Source of the DNA: Diplonema japonicum
Taxonomy: Eukaryota > Protista > Euglenozoa: Diplonemea
Direction of reading: 5' to 3'
Assembly (NCBI GenBank): GCA_964019335.1
Contig: OZ025653.1
Span: 682,001 to 746,000, forward strand
Length of the DNA: 64,000 nucleotides
Positions 20,314 to 32,225 of this stretch are shown here, one piece after another. How positions within the stretch are numbered: position 1 is the first letter of the stretch; every line of letters begins with the position of its first letter. Below the pieces are notes generated by a model that had not been told where the DNA came from, ran no database searches, and saw only the letters and a program-made list of their open reading frames with translations. A program made the position numbers and the translations under genes.

Positions 20314-21456
20314 CTACTTCTTCCGCTCAGGCTTTTTTTTGCAGTGCTTTGACAGCACCATGAACAATATCGTAAGAAAAAAGAACACGGCCAGCACGAT
20401 ACCCGTGAGGTTGAGCTGCCTGTCAGCAACAGGGTCGGTCAGGCGGTTCGCGTATGCAAGGGCATCGCGTAGGTCAGTTTGCGAGGTGCGGCGCTTCTTT
20501 TGTATACCAGAAAAGGGAGAATGCCCATTTCGTGCAGCTTCGCGTATCTTGTCTGCTACCTTTGCACAGGACAGCGATTGGTTCGAGCCGTGCTTTTGCG
20601 TGTACAGCTCGTTCACGATGTGGTGTTCTGGATGTTTGGGATTGAAGGCAATGACCCGCACCGCTTTGGGCCCCGTGTTGCGCAAGCGGGTCAGTGACTG
20701 CCGGTCGCCGTAATTTTTCATGTTTGGATGCAGACATCTTACTTGAAAACATTTCTGCACGTCTGTACCTCTAATAATATCAGGGGACTTTGCATCTGCT
20801 TCCCGCTCATTGAACAAACCAAGCCGCCACCCTGCTGCTGTGATAGGCACCGGGCGAGGCCGACGTGAGGGGAGCAGCGACTCGACACAGCTACTTAACG
20901 AGCTGTTCGTGCAAAATTTCATCAGTTTGCTGCGCTGAATGATGTAACCGGCGTGGAGGGGCTTCTTCCTCCGCTCCTTGCACCCAAAGTCGTACAAGTA
21001 GGCTTGCATCTCCAGCACAACGAAGTCTGAAGGATTGACACACTCTTGCATGATGCGCACTGCGTCGTTGCTTGGGATGTCGCTGGCATCCGTTAGCACC
21101 ACCAGGTCTTCATCACCACCAGGAACGTAAAAACTGGTGTTTGCCACGATCTTCCCAATCCCGTACTGCCGCAGGTCCATACCCTCGTCGCCCATCCCCG
21201 CCATGCCCTCAAGAACTCCGTCCATTTCCTTCTGTCGTGCTAGCAGCATCGTCTCGTCACCTGCCTTCACGTTCAGCACCATCCCCCATGCTTTCAGTTT
21301 CTCTTTTCTCTTCCGCCACCCCATCGAATCACACAGATAATCCCCAGTCATAGTTTCCTCTCCTGGCTCTAAGTTCGCCATAATATTAATCAATACTATG
21401 CCACCCGCCACTGCCAGCAACACTTTCCTCCTCTCCTCCCATGGTGCCAGGTACAT
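20314..21456 (-). CDS. Hypothetical membrane-anchored protein, possibly glycosyltransferase-like
   Basis: N- and C-terminal hydrophobic segments; DLVVLTDASD resembles a GT-A acidic motif (weak). Confidence 0.55.
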   Translation of the reverse strand: MYLAPWEERRKVLLAVAGGIVLINIMANLEPGEETMTGDYLCDSMGWRKRKEKLKAWGMVLNVKAGDETMLLARQKEMDGVLEGMAGMGDEGMDLRQYGIGKIVANTSFYVPGGDEDLVVLTDASDIPSNDAVRIMQECVNPSDFVVLEMQAYLYDFGCKERRKKPLHAGYIIQRSKLMKFCTNSSLSSCVESLLPSRRPRPVPITAAGWRLGLFNEREADAKSPDIIRGTDVQKCFQVRCLHPNMKNYGDRQSLTRLRNTGPKAVRVIAFNPKHPEHHIVNELYTQKHGSNQSLSCAKVADKIREAARNGHSPFSGIQKKRRTSQTDLRDALAYANRLTDPVADRQLNLTGIVLAVFFFLTILFMVLSKHCKKKPERKK

Positions 21457-21556
21457 CTCCTGAAAGTGTCTACAATATAGAAGTGGACATCAAGAAAAAA
21501 AATAACATTACATTGTTAAGGTCCTCGGTCGGCAATTGCGGGCACCGTGGAAACGG

Positions 21557-24500
21557 CTAACTCTCGCCCAGTAAATGGAACATTGTGCGGTAACTGTCCT
21601 CTTTGTCTGCGACTGCCAGGCACGGGTTTTGCCTGTAAGGCCACTGGCTGAGGACCTGCTGGGTGGCGTTGATCACAGTACGGTACCATAAGGGGTTTGC
21701 AGGACAGGTGTTTGTCCTCACGTCGCGGACGGCTTGAACAAATGCCCACGTGAAGAGGCCATAGTACTTGCCTTTGATAAATTTTTCAGCTGCCAATTCA
21801 TTATCGCGGCAGGCTTGCAACAGCCACATCCCGCTGTGCTCCGTTGTCTCATCGTAGGTGGCGCCGGCCTGGTGCAGCAGGGAAGCCAGGCCGCCTAGAT
21901 CCATGTCCCACTCCTTCATTTGCCTACTACTCACCTTTTTACACCTGCAATAACTGTGGAACGTCCCTTGTGGTGGTACCAAGCACCTGCTTTCCACCCT
22001 GTCGTCCCAGCCTTTTTTCAGACGCAACTGTTTCAATCGGTGGGCCGCACAGTGCACGGCCTTCCCGCTCACTTCGTCCTCGTGGAATATCCCCCTCTGC
22101 ACTGCTGTGTCCAGCGTGTTTGGCACGAAACAGCAGTCCAGGATGACCTGTGCTGGTGTGCGCAACGCGAATCATACCGTAATCTCTGTCCCCTTAGGCG
22201 CAGCTAGGTACAAATCTGTCCGGAGCTCAGAGAACTTGATGCAACGTTCCCTCCAATCGTAATCACTGCGGCACGTGTGTGTGAATACAGACATACGTTG
22301 GCAGCAGACAGCAGTCGTACCCATCCGCTTCTGACAGCCCATAGTTGTTCATTCTACTGCCGAGACCTGAGAAATAAAAAACAATATGATCCTTCGGCCT
22401 GCAACCATCAAGGAGCCATTTGATTCCCTTCCTGATGTTGTAGGCTGTGGGGTGCACTGTATGGTCATTTTGTTCCGACTCGTTCAGGATCCTGATGCAT
22501 TCAGGGCTTACGTGAAAGTGTTCTTGCAGGCACTCTGCCATGATTGCGGTATCATTGGCTGTGCCACGAAGAGAGTATTCACTGCTGTGGCATGCTGCAC
22601 CCACAAGCAACGCCCTCAGTCGACCGGCACGAACCAAACTTGCGGGGGGGTTGCGAGATGTCGCGCGTTCTTGAATATTTTGCTGTTTCACGTTGTTGTG
22701 TCCAGTTGCCCTCAGGATAGAGGAGTTAAGAACTAGTGACCTGTGCTTGCTGCTGTAATAGCTAACAATGTAAAGACCTTTTACTTTTGGTGGCCTCAAC
22801 AAAACAGTGCCTAGTGTGAAATCCTCCCTGCCGAGAGAATTCTCCAAGTCGGCCTCAGCGTGGATCTCGGTGCAGCCTTCGTCGAGGAGTACGAGCTTGT
22901 CAGAAGAGATAGGATACCCGCCCGTGATGTGGTAGGTGGCGATGATCATCTCTGAGAGAGGGATGGCCTTGGGTACCATGATGCTGCCCTTGAACTCTGT
23001 TCCGGGGTTCACGTGTAGGATGACGCCGTGCTTTTTTTGAGAGTGCTTATTGGCTACGGGGCCGCTCTCTGTTTGGAGCGACCTCGCACTGCTGAGGAAC
23101 CCCTCTCCGTCGTCGTCCGTAAGCTGAGACCGTGCCTTGCTCAGCTCCGACACAGCAAGCTGCTCTAAGGATTGCGCTTGTTCCACCGCAATCTCGTCGC
23201 ACTTCACCACATTGAACTCATAGCTCACAACAGCACTCCAACACCCATGCCCAGTCGGCGTAAGGTATCGTGCCTCATACACCCCCTCTGTCTCTATGGG
23301 CTGCAATTCCACCTTCCCACTAGCTACCCCGTCTACCCAGAAGGTTCGCATGGCAGGTGATTCACAAACACTATTGTAGTAGTTTGATGGCACATAGTCC
23401 CTGTCGCCGCTTTTGTAAATTGCAATGCAGTCCCTCTCGATAACAGATGGGTGGTCGAAGCCCGAGATGTTGTATAACAGGCATAAAGGCTTCATACAAG
23501 GCTGCCTCAGAGGTAGTGTCAGTGCCACTTGGAGAGACTTGACAGGGTACGTCCCATCGCAAGGGGCCTGTACCTTGAACGATTCTGTCTTTGCTACTTC
23601 ACGCTGCAGGAGCGACGACCAGTAGACAGCGATGTACTTGCCTGGGCGGTCGAACTGTACTTGGATGCAACCCTTGCTCCTTCGAGAGAACAGTACTTCC
23701 GACGCTTCGGCAAGCTCATCGTTGCCTCGTTCCACATAGCCGTCCTGCCCTGTGATGGGCATCGAGCCGTACATGTTCATACTCTCGTCGTAGATGCGGT
23801 ACCTGTCGGTGCTGAGGTGCACCAGCTCGTCGATGACCCAATGAATCTTCACTTTCTCGCCAACCGTTGAGACCAAGCTGTGCACGTCTACCATGAATGA
23901 AGCGTACTCGCCCACCACAAGCACGGACGGACCCTCTAGCACGAACTTCTGTAGTCTGTGAGAGAAATACCCCACTTCGTACCGACCTGCTTCATGCGGC
24001 ACCTCTAGTTCGGCTCGCCACTTCGCAAGGATTGCCGTGGTGACCGTGCCGATGAAGTCTGTCTGCCGTGCAGCTTCAGGGCGTCCATATGGGTAAAGAA
24101 AAATGCAGTCCAGTTCCGACAAAACAGGCAGCCCTTCTGTAACGTCCCATGCTACAGTAATGACACCACCAACCTTCACGCCCACCTGGGGTACCCCTGG
24201 AAGTTCTAGTTTCCCCGTGACCGTCTGAGCAGAAATCGACTCCTGATTGGCCTCACCACGCACCGTGAAGGTGTGGGACAATGCAACAGAGCGCAGAATA
24301 CCAGTGCGGCAAGTTTTTAAGTAACGTATCTGGTAGTTGCCTGGGGTGCTGGGTGCCACGAAGGATAGTGAAGTGCAATCGAAGTCCTCTAGTAAGTCAG
24401 GCGTGGGTGCCAAAACTGTAAAAACAGAGGCCCCGAAAGGGGAAGCATTGTGCACGTTGATCCCATGATTGTCAGGATCGGTTGCCTGGTAGAGGGCGAT

Positions 24501-24929
24501 GTAGCCTCCATAGAGGGACTTAGGGTTAAATGCTATGTCGATCCTCCCGTTGGGGGGCGTTTCTGCTTGTTTCACATCTATGTTCTGAGGGAGGCCGACT
24601 TTGGACCCTGCGACACGGAATGTCGACGAGAACACCCGTCGCTTGCTGGGGAAGTCATACAGACAGACTACGTAGCTTCCTTCTGTCGACGGGGCGACGA
24701 TAGTGCCTTCACCCATGGAGTAGCTGTCGTTGGGGGCTAGAGGACGGCAGTTCCACATCTGTTCGTATGATAAGAGAACGCCAGCAGTGTCAAAGACGCG
24801 TATTTCGTCATTCCCATTTGGCTGCCACTTTACATCAGCACCAACCAGCCACTTTACCTTCACTGGGTGCTCTGTGCTCGCGATACAAGGGTCCAGCGTC
24901 AGCTGCGTGAACACTGAATCGGTTTCCAT
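21557..24929 (-). CDS. Metacaspase-like protein (His-to-Leu) with long N-terminal beta-sandwich repeats; 2 introns; 1103 aa
   Basis: RALLVG, LRGTAND, PTAYNIRKGIKWL, FYFSGLG, DGYDCCLLPTD, ILDCC, ACRDNE and GLFT. Introns 22266-22296 (31 nt) and 22148-22177 (30 nt) join ORFs 22263..25040 and 21557..22165. Confidence 0.85.
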
Positions 24930-25008
24930 ATCATCTCCACCTGTGAACATGAACAAGAAGTACTGGAAGAGCAACTTGTACAACAACAGGCACCTCAGAA
25001 GAGGTGCT

Positions 25009-27414
25009 CTAGAAATTAGGCTTAAAGGCGGGCAGCTCAACGACGTTCATTCTGTTCACTTGGCACGAGCAACCGGAGGTGCTTTGATGGACCAAACTGC
25101 TCAATCCTTTGTATTTTGCATCCTTGAAGCAACATCTAGCCTCCGGTGTAACTTCGTATGGCGTGACGCCTGTAAGAGAGGCCCCGTCGTGGTTCTGCGA
25201 TGCTTGTATGGTCAGCACGATCTCATCTCTGTTGAGGACGTGCCCTCTCTGTTCTTTAGGATGCTGCCGCACGATCACAAAGTACCTGCAGCCCTTCTCC
25301 AGTCGTATACCATCGTTATCCGACCCTAGCACAACTTGGTGCTTGAAGCAGTACTTCTTCGAAGTGATCAACTCATCCCCCATGCTACCGCACTTGAGCA
25401 GGTCTATCTTTATCGCGACGAGGTCCTGCCTGAGGTCCGTAGGGTGCAGGCCCCTCCTGTCCCATTGCGTTGCGAAAATTTCGGCAGTGCAATTAAAAGT
25501 TGGTGTCAGCATGACATAATGCGTGGGGACGCCTTCTCTGAAGGAGAGTTTGAACCTGAAGTCCAGCCACCCCTCGTTCTTCCTGCACACGCCGCCACCG
25601 TTGAAGTAGTGTTGCACATCTGTCCACGACATCCAGAATGCGCCATCCTCACCGTCAAACAGCATTTGCGACTGTTGTGGCGACAGTCCTAGCTTTGCAA
25701 GGCACAGCTGCATGATCTCCGGGTGCATTGTCCACTCTTTGCTGTTGTCCGACCATGCTCCCGCCCACTCTTTTTGGTTTCCCCATGGGTTCCGTATCCT
25801 GACTATCTGATGTTCCACTCCCCTGCTCTTCCCTTTCACAGCATCTAGAATAGTGTACGCATGCCCTGGCACCAATCCTACCGTATCATACTTGGCTGCA
25901 AAGTCTTTTGCACCATCAGAAGCATGCCCTACCACCGTTACATCCAACCCCGGTGTGGTGACCCACAACATCCTGCCTCTCTCGTCGTGGTACAGTACTT
26001 CGTTGAACACATCTCTGTCTTTCCCCCAGTCGAAGTTCCTGCTTGGGAAACCGGTGAGGTCCGTCAGTGCCACAGCAGGGTCACCCCCGGCTATTGCCTG
26101 ATAGCTGCCATGAAGCTTGGCGTAGCACTTCTCCAGCATCGCGACCCACATTTCGTGAGGCTCCTCCTTGTTCTTCGCGAAGCAGGGTCCCGCCTTGCCT
26201 TGGATGTCAACAGGCACGAAGCTGTCAACGATGTGCCATTCCCACCACCCGTTCTTCGCCAGGTGGATTTTGAAGATTCCATGGGCACGCTCTTTATCTT
26301 TCCTCTTCATGTATTCCTCTCTGACTGCAGGATCGGGGTGATACTTGAATGTTTGACATTCGAACAATGGATACACAAGCTCCTTAGCCATCTCCGCGCA
26401 TGCCGCAATCGCTGCCATGAACCAGCAGTCGCCCAGTGACCCTTGATCGATGTCGTTGGGTTCTGCCATCCCGATTACAAGGTCAAAGTTGTAATTCGTA
26501 AATATCTCACCGTTGACCTCCGACTCCTCTGGGAGGTACTCCTGCGGCCGCATCCATCCTTTGTGGGGCAGTTTCCCTTCTTTGAACTCCTTTCTCACGA
26601 TAGCCTCTTGACAAGGCGGCCATTCTAAATCAATGTACTGCACGTTTTCAGTCATGATGCACGCCGTCACAGCAGCTTCTTTGAACTCCTTGCTCGACAG
26701 CAGCCCTGGACGGTCTGACTTTCCAGGGAGGCCAGGTCTGAGGTTCTCAGGGAGGCTGTCGTTCAGGAAAATTCGAAAGTCATCTACTTCCTTCTTGAGC
26801 TTCTGGATAGACTTCTCAACTAAGTTGCTGAGGTACCGCACGTCTTCGGTGGGTGCGTGGGACACACTGAGCTTCGTGGTTCCAAAGCTACCGACTACAA
26901 AGGGCACCGTCTCGCCGGGCATCACTTTTGTGGTGAAGCGATCCTTGCTGCAAGCAACTTCTTTACTGGCCGGCTTCAGCTTTGCATTTGGAAACGTGGC
27001 ATTCACAGTGAACGTCCTATCAGCGGTGTTGTTGTAGACTGCATGTCTCTTGCGGTCCATGGTTGACAGCAGGAACAACTGATTGTTATAAATATTCTTT
27101 GTTTTTGTGCAACTCCACGCATGGTGGGGAGTTCGCTGGACGCCGTCTGGCGTGGCACACACGCTGCTCTCGTACAACGTAAACGTGCACACACTGCACA
27201 GTCCAGAGCTGTTAATGTATATTTTGAAAAGCTCTTTGTCAGCCCACTCCGCGTACAGCTTATAGGACCCCTTGCTGGCGACATCTTCTGCGAACCACGC
27301 TGTCACACAGCCATTCTTTCCGCACCCTGCTGCGAGTTCCTCTATGTATGTCTTCGCCTTTTGGTAGCCATCAGCTGTCACTGTGCCCACAATAGTGTAC
27401 ACGGAAGGTCGCAT
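25009..27414 (-). CDS. Calpain-like cysteine peptidase (CysPc) with intact triad and euglenozoan-type N-terminal region
   Basis: DIDQGSLGDCWF, MLEKCYAKLHGSY, GHAYT and RIRNPWG. Start codon uncertain. Confidence 0.92.
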   Translation of the reverse strand: MRPSVYTIVGTVTADGYQKAKTYIEELAAGCGKNGCVTAWFAEDVASKGSYKLYAEWADKELFKIYINSSGLCSVCTFTLYESSVCATPDGVQRTPHHAWSCTKTKNIYNNQLFLLSTMDRKRHAVYNNTADRTFTVNATFPNAKLKPASKEVACSKDRFTTKVMPGETVPFVVGSFGTTKLSVSHAPTEDVRYLSNLVEKSIQKLKKEVDDFRIFLNDSLPENLRPGLPGKSDRPGLLSSKEFKEAAVTACIMTENVQYIDLEWPPCQEAIVRKEFKEGKLPHKGWMRPQEYLPEESEVNGEIFTNYNFDLVIGMAEPNDIDQGSLGDCWFMAAIAACAEMAKELVYPLFECQTFKYHPDPAVREEYMKRKDKERAHGIFKIHLAKNGWWEWHIVDSFVPVDIQGKAGPCFAKNKEEPHEMWVAMLEKCYAKLHGSYQAIAGGDPAVALTDLTGFPSRNFDWGKDRDVFNEVLYHDERGRMLWVTTPGLDVTVVGHASDGAKDFAAKYDTVGLVPGHAYTILDAVKGKSRGVEHQIVRIRNPWGNQKEWAGAWSDNSKEWTMHPEIMQLCLAKLGLSPQQSQMLFDGEDGAFWMSWTDVQHYFNGGGVCRKNEGWLDFRFKLSFREGVPTHYVMLTPTFNCTAEIFATQWDRRGLHPTDLRQDLVAIKIDLLKCGSMGDELITSKKYCFKHQVVLGSDNDGIRLEKGCRYFVIVRQHPKEQRGHVLNRDEIVLTIQASQNHDGASLTGVTPYEVTPEARCCFKDAKYKGLSSLVHQSTSGCSCQVNRMNVVELPAFKPNF

Positions 27415-27499
27415 GTGTATGCCTTGATGGATAGTGTGGAGAACGTTAGGAAAAAGAAGATAGATGCTGCGGTACCGCCACAGCATGTCTCAAGAGGTC

Positions 27500-29842
27500 T
27501 CACCTATCGTTCTGCCCGTCCTTCTGATCGTCCTGGTTGTCGGTGTCTTCCTCAGGGTGCGTGGGTGCTATGTTGTCCAACAGTTTCGTCAGCAGGAATC
27601 GTACCTCGTCGCGTTCTTCGTCTTCATTTTCCAGTGTCTTAACACAGAACGACAAGCAGCTGTATATGGTTTACATTGTGTCAGCCATGTTTACATACCT
27701 CACTACATGTTCCCTCATCCCAGGGATATCCCGCCTAAGCAGTTCTTGGATATAAGTCTGCAAAGCAAGCCCCACCACCATGCTAGGCACTGCCAGGGCC
27801 AGCGCACACAACTCTTGCAATGCGTCGGCGTGCGCGTCATCTGTTTGACCTTCAACACCAATCAAACATGTGGCAAGGAAGGAAACAAGAGACCCTTGCT
27901 CTAGCCTGCCAAGAATGCTGTCTGCGAGGCTATCAGGTGCCGCCTCAGGGAAGATGCATAGATCAATGATGTTGTCTGCAGTGAAAAGGGGTCCAGATGC
28001 TGCCGTTACCACACCGATGCACCTCACCAACAACGAACAAAGTGCAATATCATCGTCTAACTGCACAAGTAAAGGGTCAAGAACATTCGTCAACAGAGAG
28101 TCTGCATGCAAAGGTCCCAACCCTTGTGCCATCAGAACTACACTGCAGCACACTAGCAAGAGCTTATACTCTGTGTTGTCAGATCCGATTGGGAACAAAG
28201 GAGTTCGCTTCGTGTTCCACAGCAAACAATCCACGCACCAGGTACGCAGCTTTGGTTGCAGAGTAGCCGTTAACAGTAGATCAAAGGTAAGACCCAAGGG
28301 CGAGGGGCACTCAGAACGATCTGGGTTCTCATCAAGTGTATACTGCTCAAGCCATTTCACTGATTGGGGAAGGGCCGCAGTTAGCATAACAGTTGCTTCT
28401 ATACCGCATGCCGCAGCCTCTTCTGCTCCAATGTGTCCTATATCACACAGTGCCATCTCGTGCACTGCCTCTTCGAACCGCTTTAGGTCCATCTCCTTCC
28501 ACCACCGTACAGACCACAGACGGTATGCGGCTTGTCGCACATTGTCTCCGTTCCCTTTCTCCCTCTTGCCCATTGTCCAGGCCTGCAGGATGGTGTCCAC
28601 GGCGTGTGTGCCTTTCGTTTTACTGCTCGAAACACCTTCACAGAAGTCCCCTTCGCTCATATAACCACATTCAAGAATGGTCAGCAACACTGACTCGCAT
28701 ATGCGCCCACACGTGCACTCAGTCAGTAAGAAGGCCTCCGTCGCTTTGTACCTGAACTCTTTGAGGATGCCGAAGATGATGTTAACGCACGGGGTGGCGA
28801 CGGGACTGGTTTTGATGAAGTGCAGAAGGGAAGCGACGAACGGTGTGCCTTGCGAGAGGTAACAGCTGACGAGGAACCACACAAACGCCGGGCTGTTCAG
28901 CTTGTCCGGCGTCATGGTGTTGACGACGAAGGTGCTGTTCAGCTTGATATCAAAATACTCCTCCGGCGCAAGGCCGTGTCCCTCAACATGCCGCACCACA
29001 TTGAGAAGAGTCGGGCGAAGTTCCTCGAGTGAGGGCGCGACGTCGGTGTCATGTGTGAGGACCTCGAGGGCAAGGGTCGCAAGGGGCCCCTTGCAAGGCG
29101 TGAAGAGGAGGTGGACGAGATCGCCTGGTGAGGCAACGAACTTGTTTTTGATGGAATTCCATTCGGTGTCTTTGAAACGCGCGAAGTCTTCTGACGGCAG
29201 CGCTGCAAGCTCTGCAAGAACCCAAGGACAAGCAAGGATAGCCTTAAACCCTTCTGTGTCGCAGTCATACTGCAGACAGCTGCGGATGATACTAAGCGCA
29301 GAGTGCGTGCCTTCACTGTTGACCACAGCTGTAGATAAGATTCCCCTCCAAGCAGCACGAAGGTGGTTTGCCCCGAGTACACCGTATAGCTGGATGCAGG
29401 AAGGGACGGTGCGCACCTCTTGCAAGCTACGGTGCTGTAGAAGAAGATCCATGCCTCGGGGTAGAGCTCCTTGTGCTCCTTTGTCATTCAGGCAGTCGAA
29501 GGGTGATGTGTTAGGGTGGCGTGGTGGTGGGGTGTTTGCATCAAGGCAGGATAGAGCCGCCCACAACCACCACTGCTTGTCCTCCACTGTCTTAAGGTGT
29601 GCCTCGGGAGTGAAGAAACCCCTCCCAAGCACAGGAAGCCCCCCGAACGTTGCATCGAAGAGTAGCTGGTGTACCTCTTCAGGCCTAGCATCTATCTTCA
29701 CCACACTTTCATAATCACCACCCCCCAACACTACCCCCCATGTCTTTGATAATGTCTTGAATTCTGGCTTGTTCCGTAGATCCGGTAGCTGCGTAACCTT
29801 CAATAATTTTTGTTCTCCTCGCTTTCTCTTTCTTCCGGGCAT
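27500..29842 (-). CDS. Hypothetical alpha-helical protein, 767 aa; 1 intron
   Basis: Long Leu-rich ORF with N-terminal NLS-like RKRKR; intron 27660-27698 (39 nt) adds an acidic last exon. Confidence 0.7.
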
Positions 29843-30007
29843 TTTGTGGGTTTTTTCTTCTCTTTTTTTTTTTTCTCTTCCCCGCGCCCAACTTTTTTTT
29901 TTCTTTTACTTGCTTTTCATTTTCTTCTTGGGTTAACAAAAAGAAAAAAAAAGAATGAAAAAAAATATCGAAGGACAACAAAAGAACAAGGAAAACGTTT
30001 TTTTTTT

Positions 30008-30040
<33 letters not shown>

Positions 30041-30653
30041 TGGGTGGTCACAAGTTTTTTTTTTTGACGATTGAATAACAATATAAACACCACATTAAAA
30101 TAAGGGGAAGTGGAATAGGGGTGATAAGTTCCAAAAAACAAGTAGTAAAATAAATAAAAAAGAAACGATTGTGTTAAAGGTTCACCCCCTCTCCGCCCTT
30201 GCAGCTAGGAGCAGTGTACCTCCCCGAAAGAGGCCAGACTGCACGACAAGAACAAGTGAAGCGAGCAACAAGAGAGCGAGCCAGACAGGAGATGGGTTGT
30301 GGCGATTACTGTAAAATGAAAAAAAAAGAATATCAGGCTGACAAATTTCCGAGTCTTTTCGGTTTCTGTGTTTTGTAAGGCTGCACAATTTTAACTTTAC
30401 AGTATTCTTTTTCTTCTTTGATATTCTATATATTAGACTCTTTTACCAAGATTTTTCATTCCTCTTGCCTCCTTTTCCTTTTTATCGAATTATATAGTAC
30501 AATTATAGCAGAGCACAAATTTTTTTTCGCTTTTTTTTTTTTCTCGTTCTAGGCAGGGGAAAGAGAAGGACAAAAAAAAAAAATGAAAAGCCATCCCAGT
30601 TGGTGGACAAGAATACTGCCTCATTTTTTTTTTTTTTCCTCCCCCAAATAGAT

Positions 30654-31886
30654 CTACAACAAACACCTCACACCATAATAGCATAAAACAACGGCAAGCA
30701 GATACCCGTGGAAAACGAACTGATAAGCGAACGATACAAAGGGCCAAAAGACGGTGCCAGCGATCCTTGCAGCCCTCTGCTTCTTCTTGCGGGTCACCTT
30801 GAACGCTTCGGGATCCGAGTAGAACAGGTCTCTGTCACGATACATCAAAGACCGGATCCTCCTGTTTAACGGGGTGTACCCCAAAAGCGGCATCATCAAC
30901 GTCAAAAATTCGACCACTCCGGGAAGGGGTTTAGGACAACCTGGTTCGACAGGGAGCGTGGTCTCATAACGTAATTCAAACTGCTTGTAAAGAAGAGCAG
31001 TGTACCCGTAAAAAAATTGATGCGACGGAGGTGTGTTGACACCGAAGCCTTCTACGACAATACGCTGCAGTTCTAAACCCGATTTTGGTATGGACAGCAT
31101 ACGGAGGCGCGACCATTGATGCCAATCCATAAAACATTCCTTGTTGAACTCAAGGGTTTTACACACATTGTACTCATCTGTAACACCCAGAAAATACGCA
31201 ATAAGCCTCCACACCGCCACCATCTTCCTTTGTTCCTCAGCAGGTATATTTTTAATTGCGTATTGTATAATGTCGATCGACACCGCGCTGAACCCCAACA
31301 GCGTCTCTGCCAAGTCGTACTGCGATAGCATCACACCGTTTTCCTCGGATTTTACGATGCCCAGCTCCATAGACTTCGCTCTTGCATAGGCGTGCATGGC
31401 TCTGATTTGTTTTAAAGACCGCCGTCCGTCTGATTTGTGGTCTTCCAAATCAAACCGCATCCAGTCTTGAAGGTGAAACCCTGTAGCCATGTACCTCTCG
31501 TATGCAATGGCAGGCGACTTGCCGTACCCCGAAGCTAGCAGAACCTCCGAAAACCGTTCGATGCTGTAACCTAGGATCAACGAGCCAGACAGTGAGATGA
31601 AAGAAGCGCCCACGAGATCCCTCCACAAGGCCTGTCCTTCTCGTACTTCGCCCCAGTCGACCCATGCCGGGGGTTCTGTGTCCGGTAGCGTGCCTGCGTT
31701 GTGGATCGCGCAGAGCAGCGTGCTTCTTTCTATTGCGTCGTACAACGGATCACCGATGTGCACGCCCTTCGCGATGCCTTTCATGACCCCGTGGTACGGT
31801 GGTGGGTTCATGGACTCCTGCCTCCATGGTGTGTCTTCTTCCTTGATGAAGTTGATTTTATTCTTCACGTGTGTTATGGTGTCCAT
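30654..31886 (-). CDS. MpaB/Lcp-like (DUF2236) heme oxygenase-family protein
   Basis: PAWVDW..V..GQ, IRAMHAYAR, LSQYDLAETLLGFS and WRLIAYFLGV; C-terminal hydrophobic anchor. Confidence 0.8.
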   Translation of the reverse strand: MDTITHVKNKINFIKEEDTPWRQESMNPPPYHGVMKGIAKGVHIGDPLYDAIERSTLLCAIHNAGTLPDTEPPAWVDWGEVREGQALWRDLVGASFISLSGSLILGYSIERFSEVLLASGYGKSPAIAYERYMATGFHLQDWMRFDLEDHKSDGRRSLKQIRAMHAYARAKSMELGIVKSEENGVMLSQYDLAETLLGFSAVSIDIIQYAIKNIPAEEQRKMVAVWRLIAYFLGVTDEYNVCKTLEFNKECFMDWHQWSRLRMLSIPKSGLELQRIVVEGFGVNTPPSHQFFYGYTALLYKQFELRYETTLPVEPGCPKPLPGVVEFLTLMMPLLGYTPLNRRIRSLMYRDRDLFYSDPEAFKVTRKKKQRAARIAGTVFWPFVSFAYQFVFHGYLLAVVLCYYGVRCLL

Positions 31887-32051
31887 GGTTTTCTTTTTTC
31901 TTTTTTTTCTTTCTTTGGATGAATTGGTGAGAAGGACGAACAAAATAAGAAATAAGAAATAAGAAATAAGAACTAAACGGATAATGAAATAAAAAAGAAG
32001 AGATTAGGTCTTGTAAAAAACCTCGGCTTAAAAAGTTTTTTTAGAAAAAAG

Positions 32052-32153
32052 AAAAAGAATATATGAGTTAAAGGAGGCCGGTGTTGACAACGCCCTGCAC
32101 AAGAACTGTCTACTTGATTACAGGGGGGCGCACCGCGGCTGAGTTGTAGCTTC
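32052..32153 (-). repeat. Dispersed repeat family C, copy 2
   Basis: Similar to 15057-15141. Confidence 0.7.
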
Positions 32154-32225
32154 TAAAGCAGAAAAAAACAAAGAGTCTCGATCTATCTCTTGATCAAAAG
32201 GGCACAGTGTTAAAAAAGACTATTT

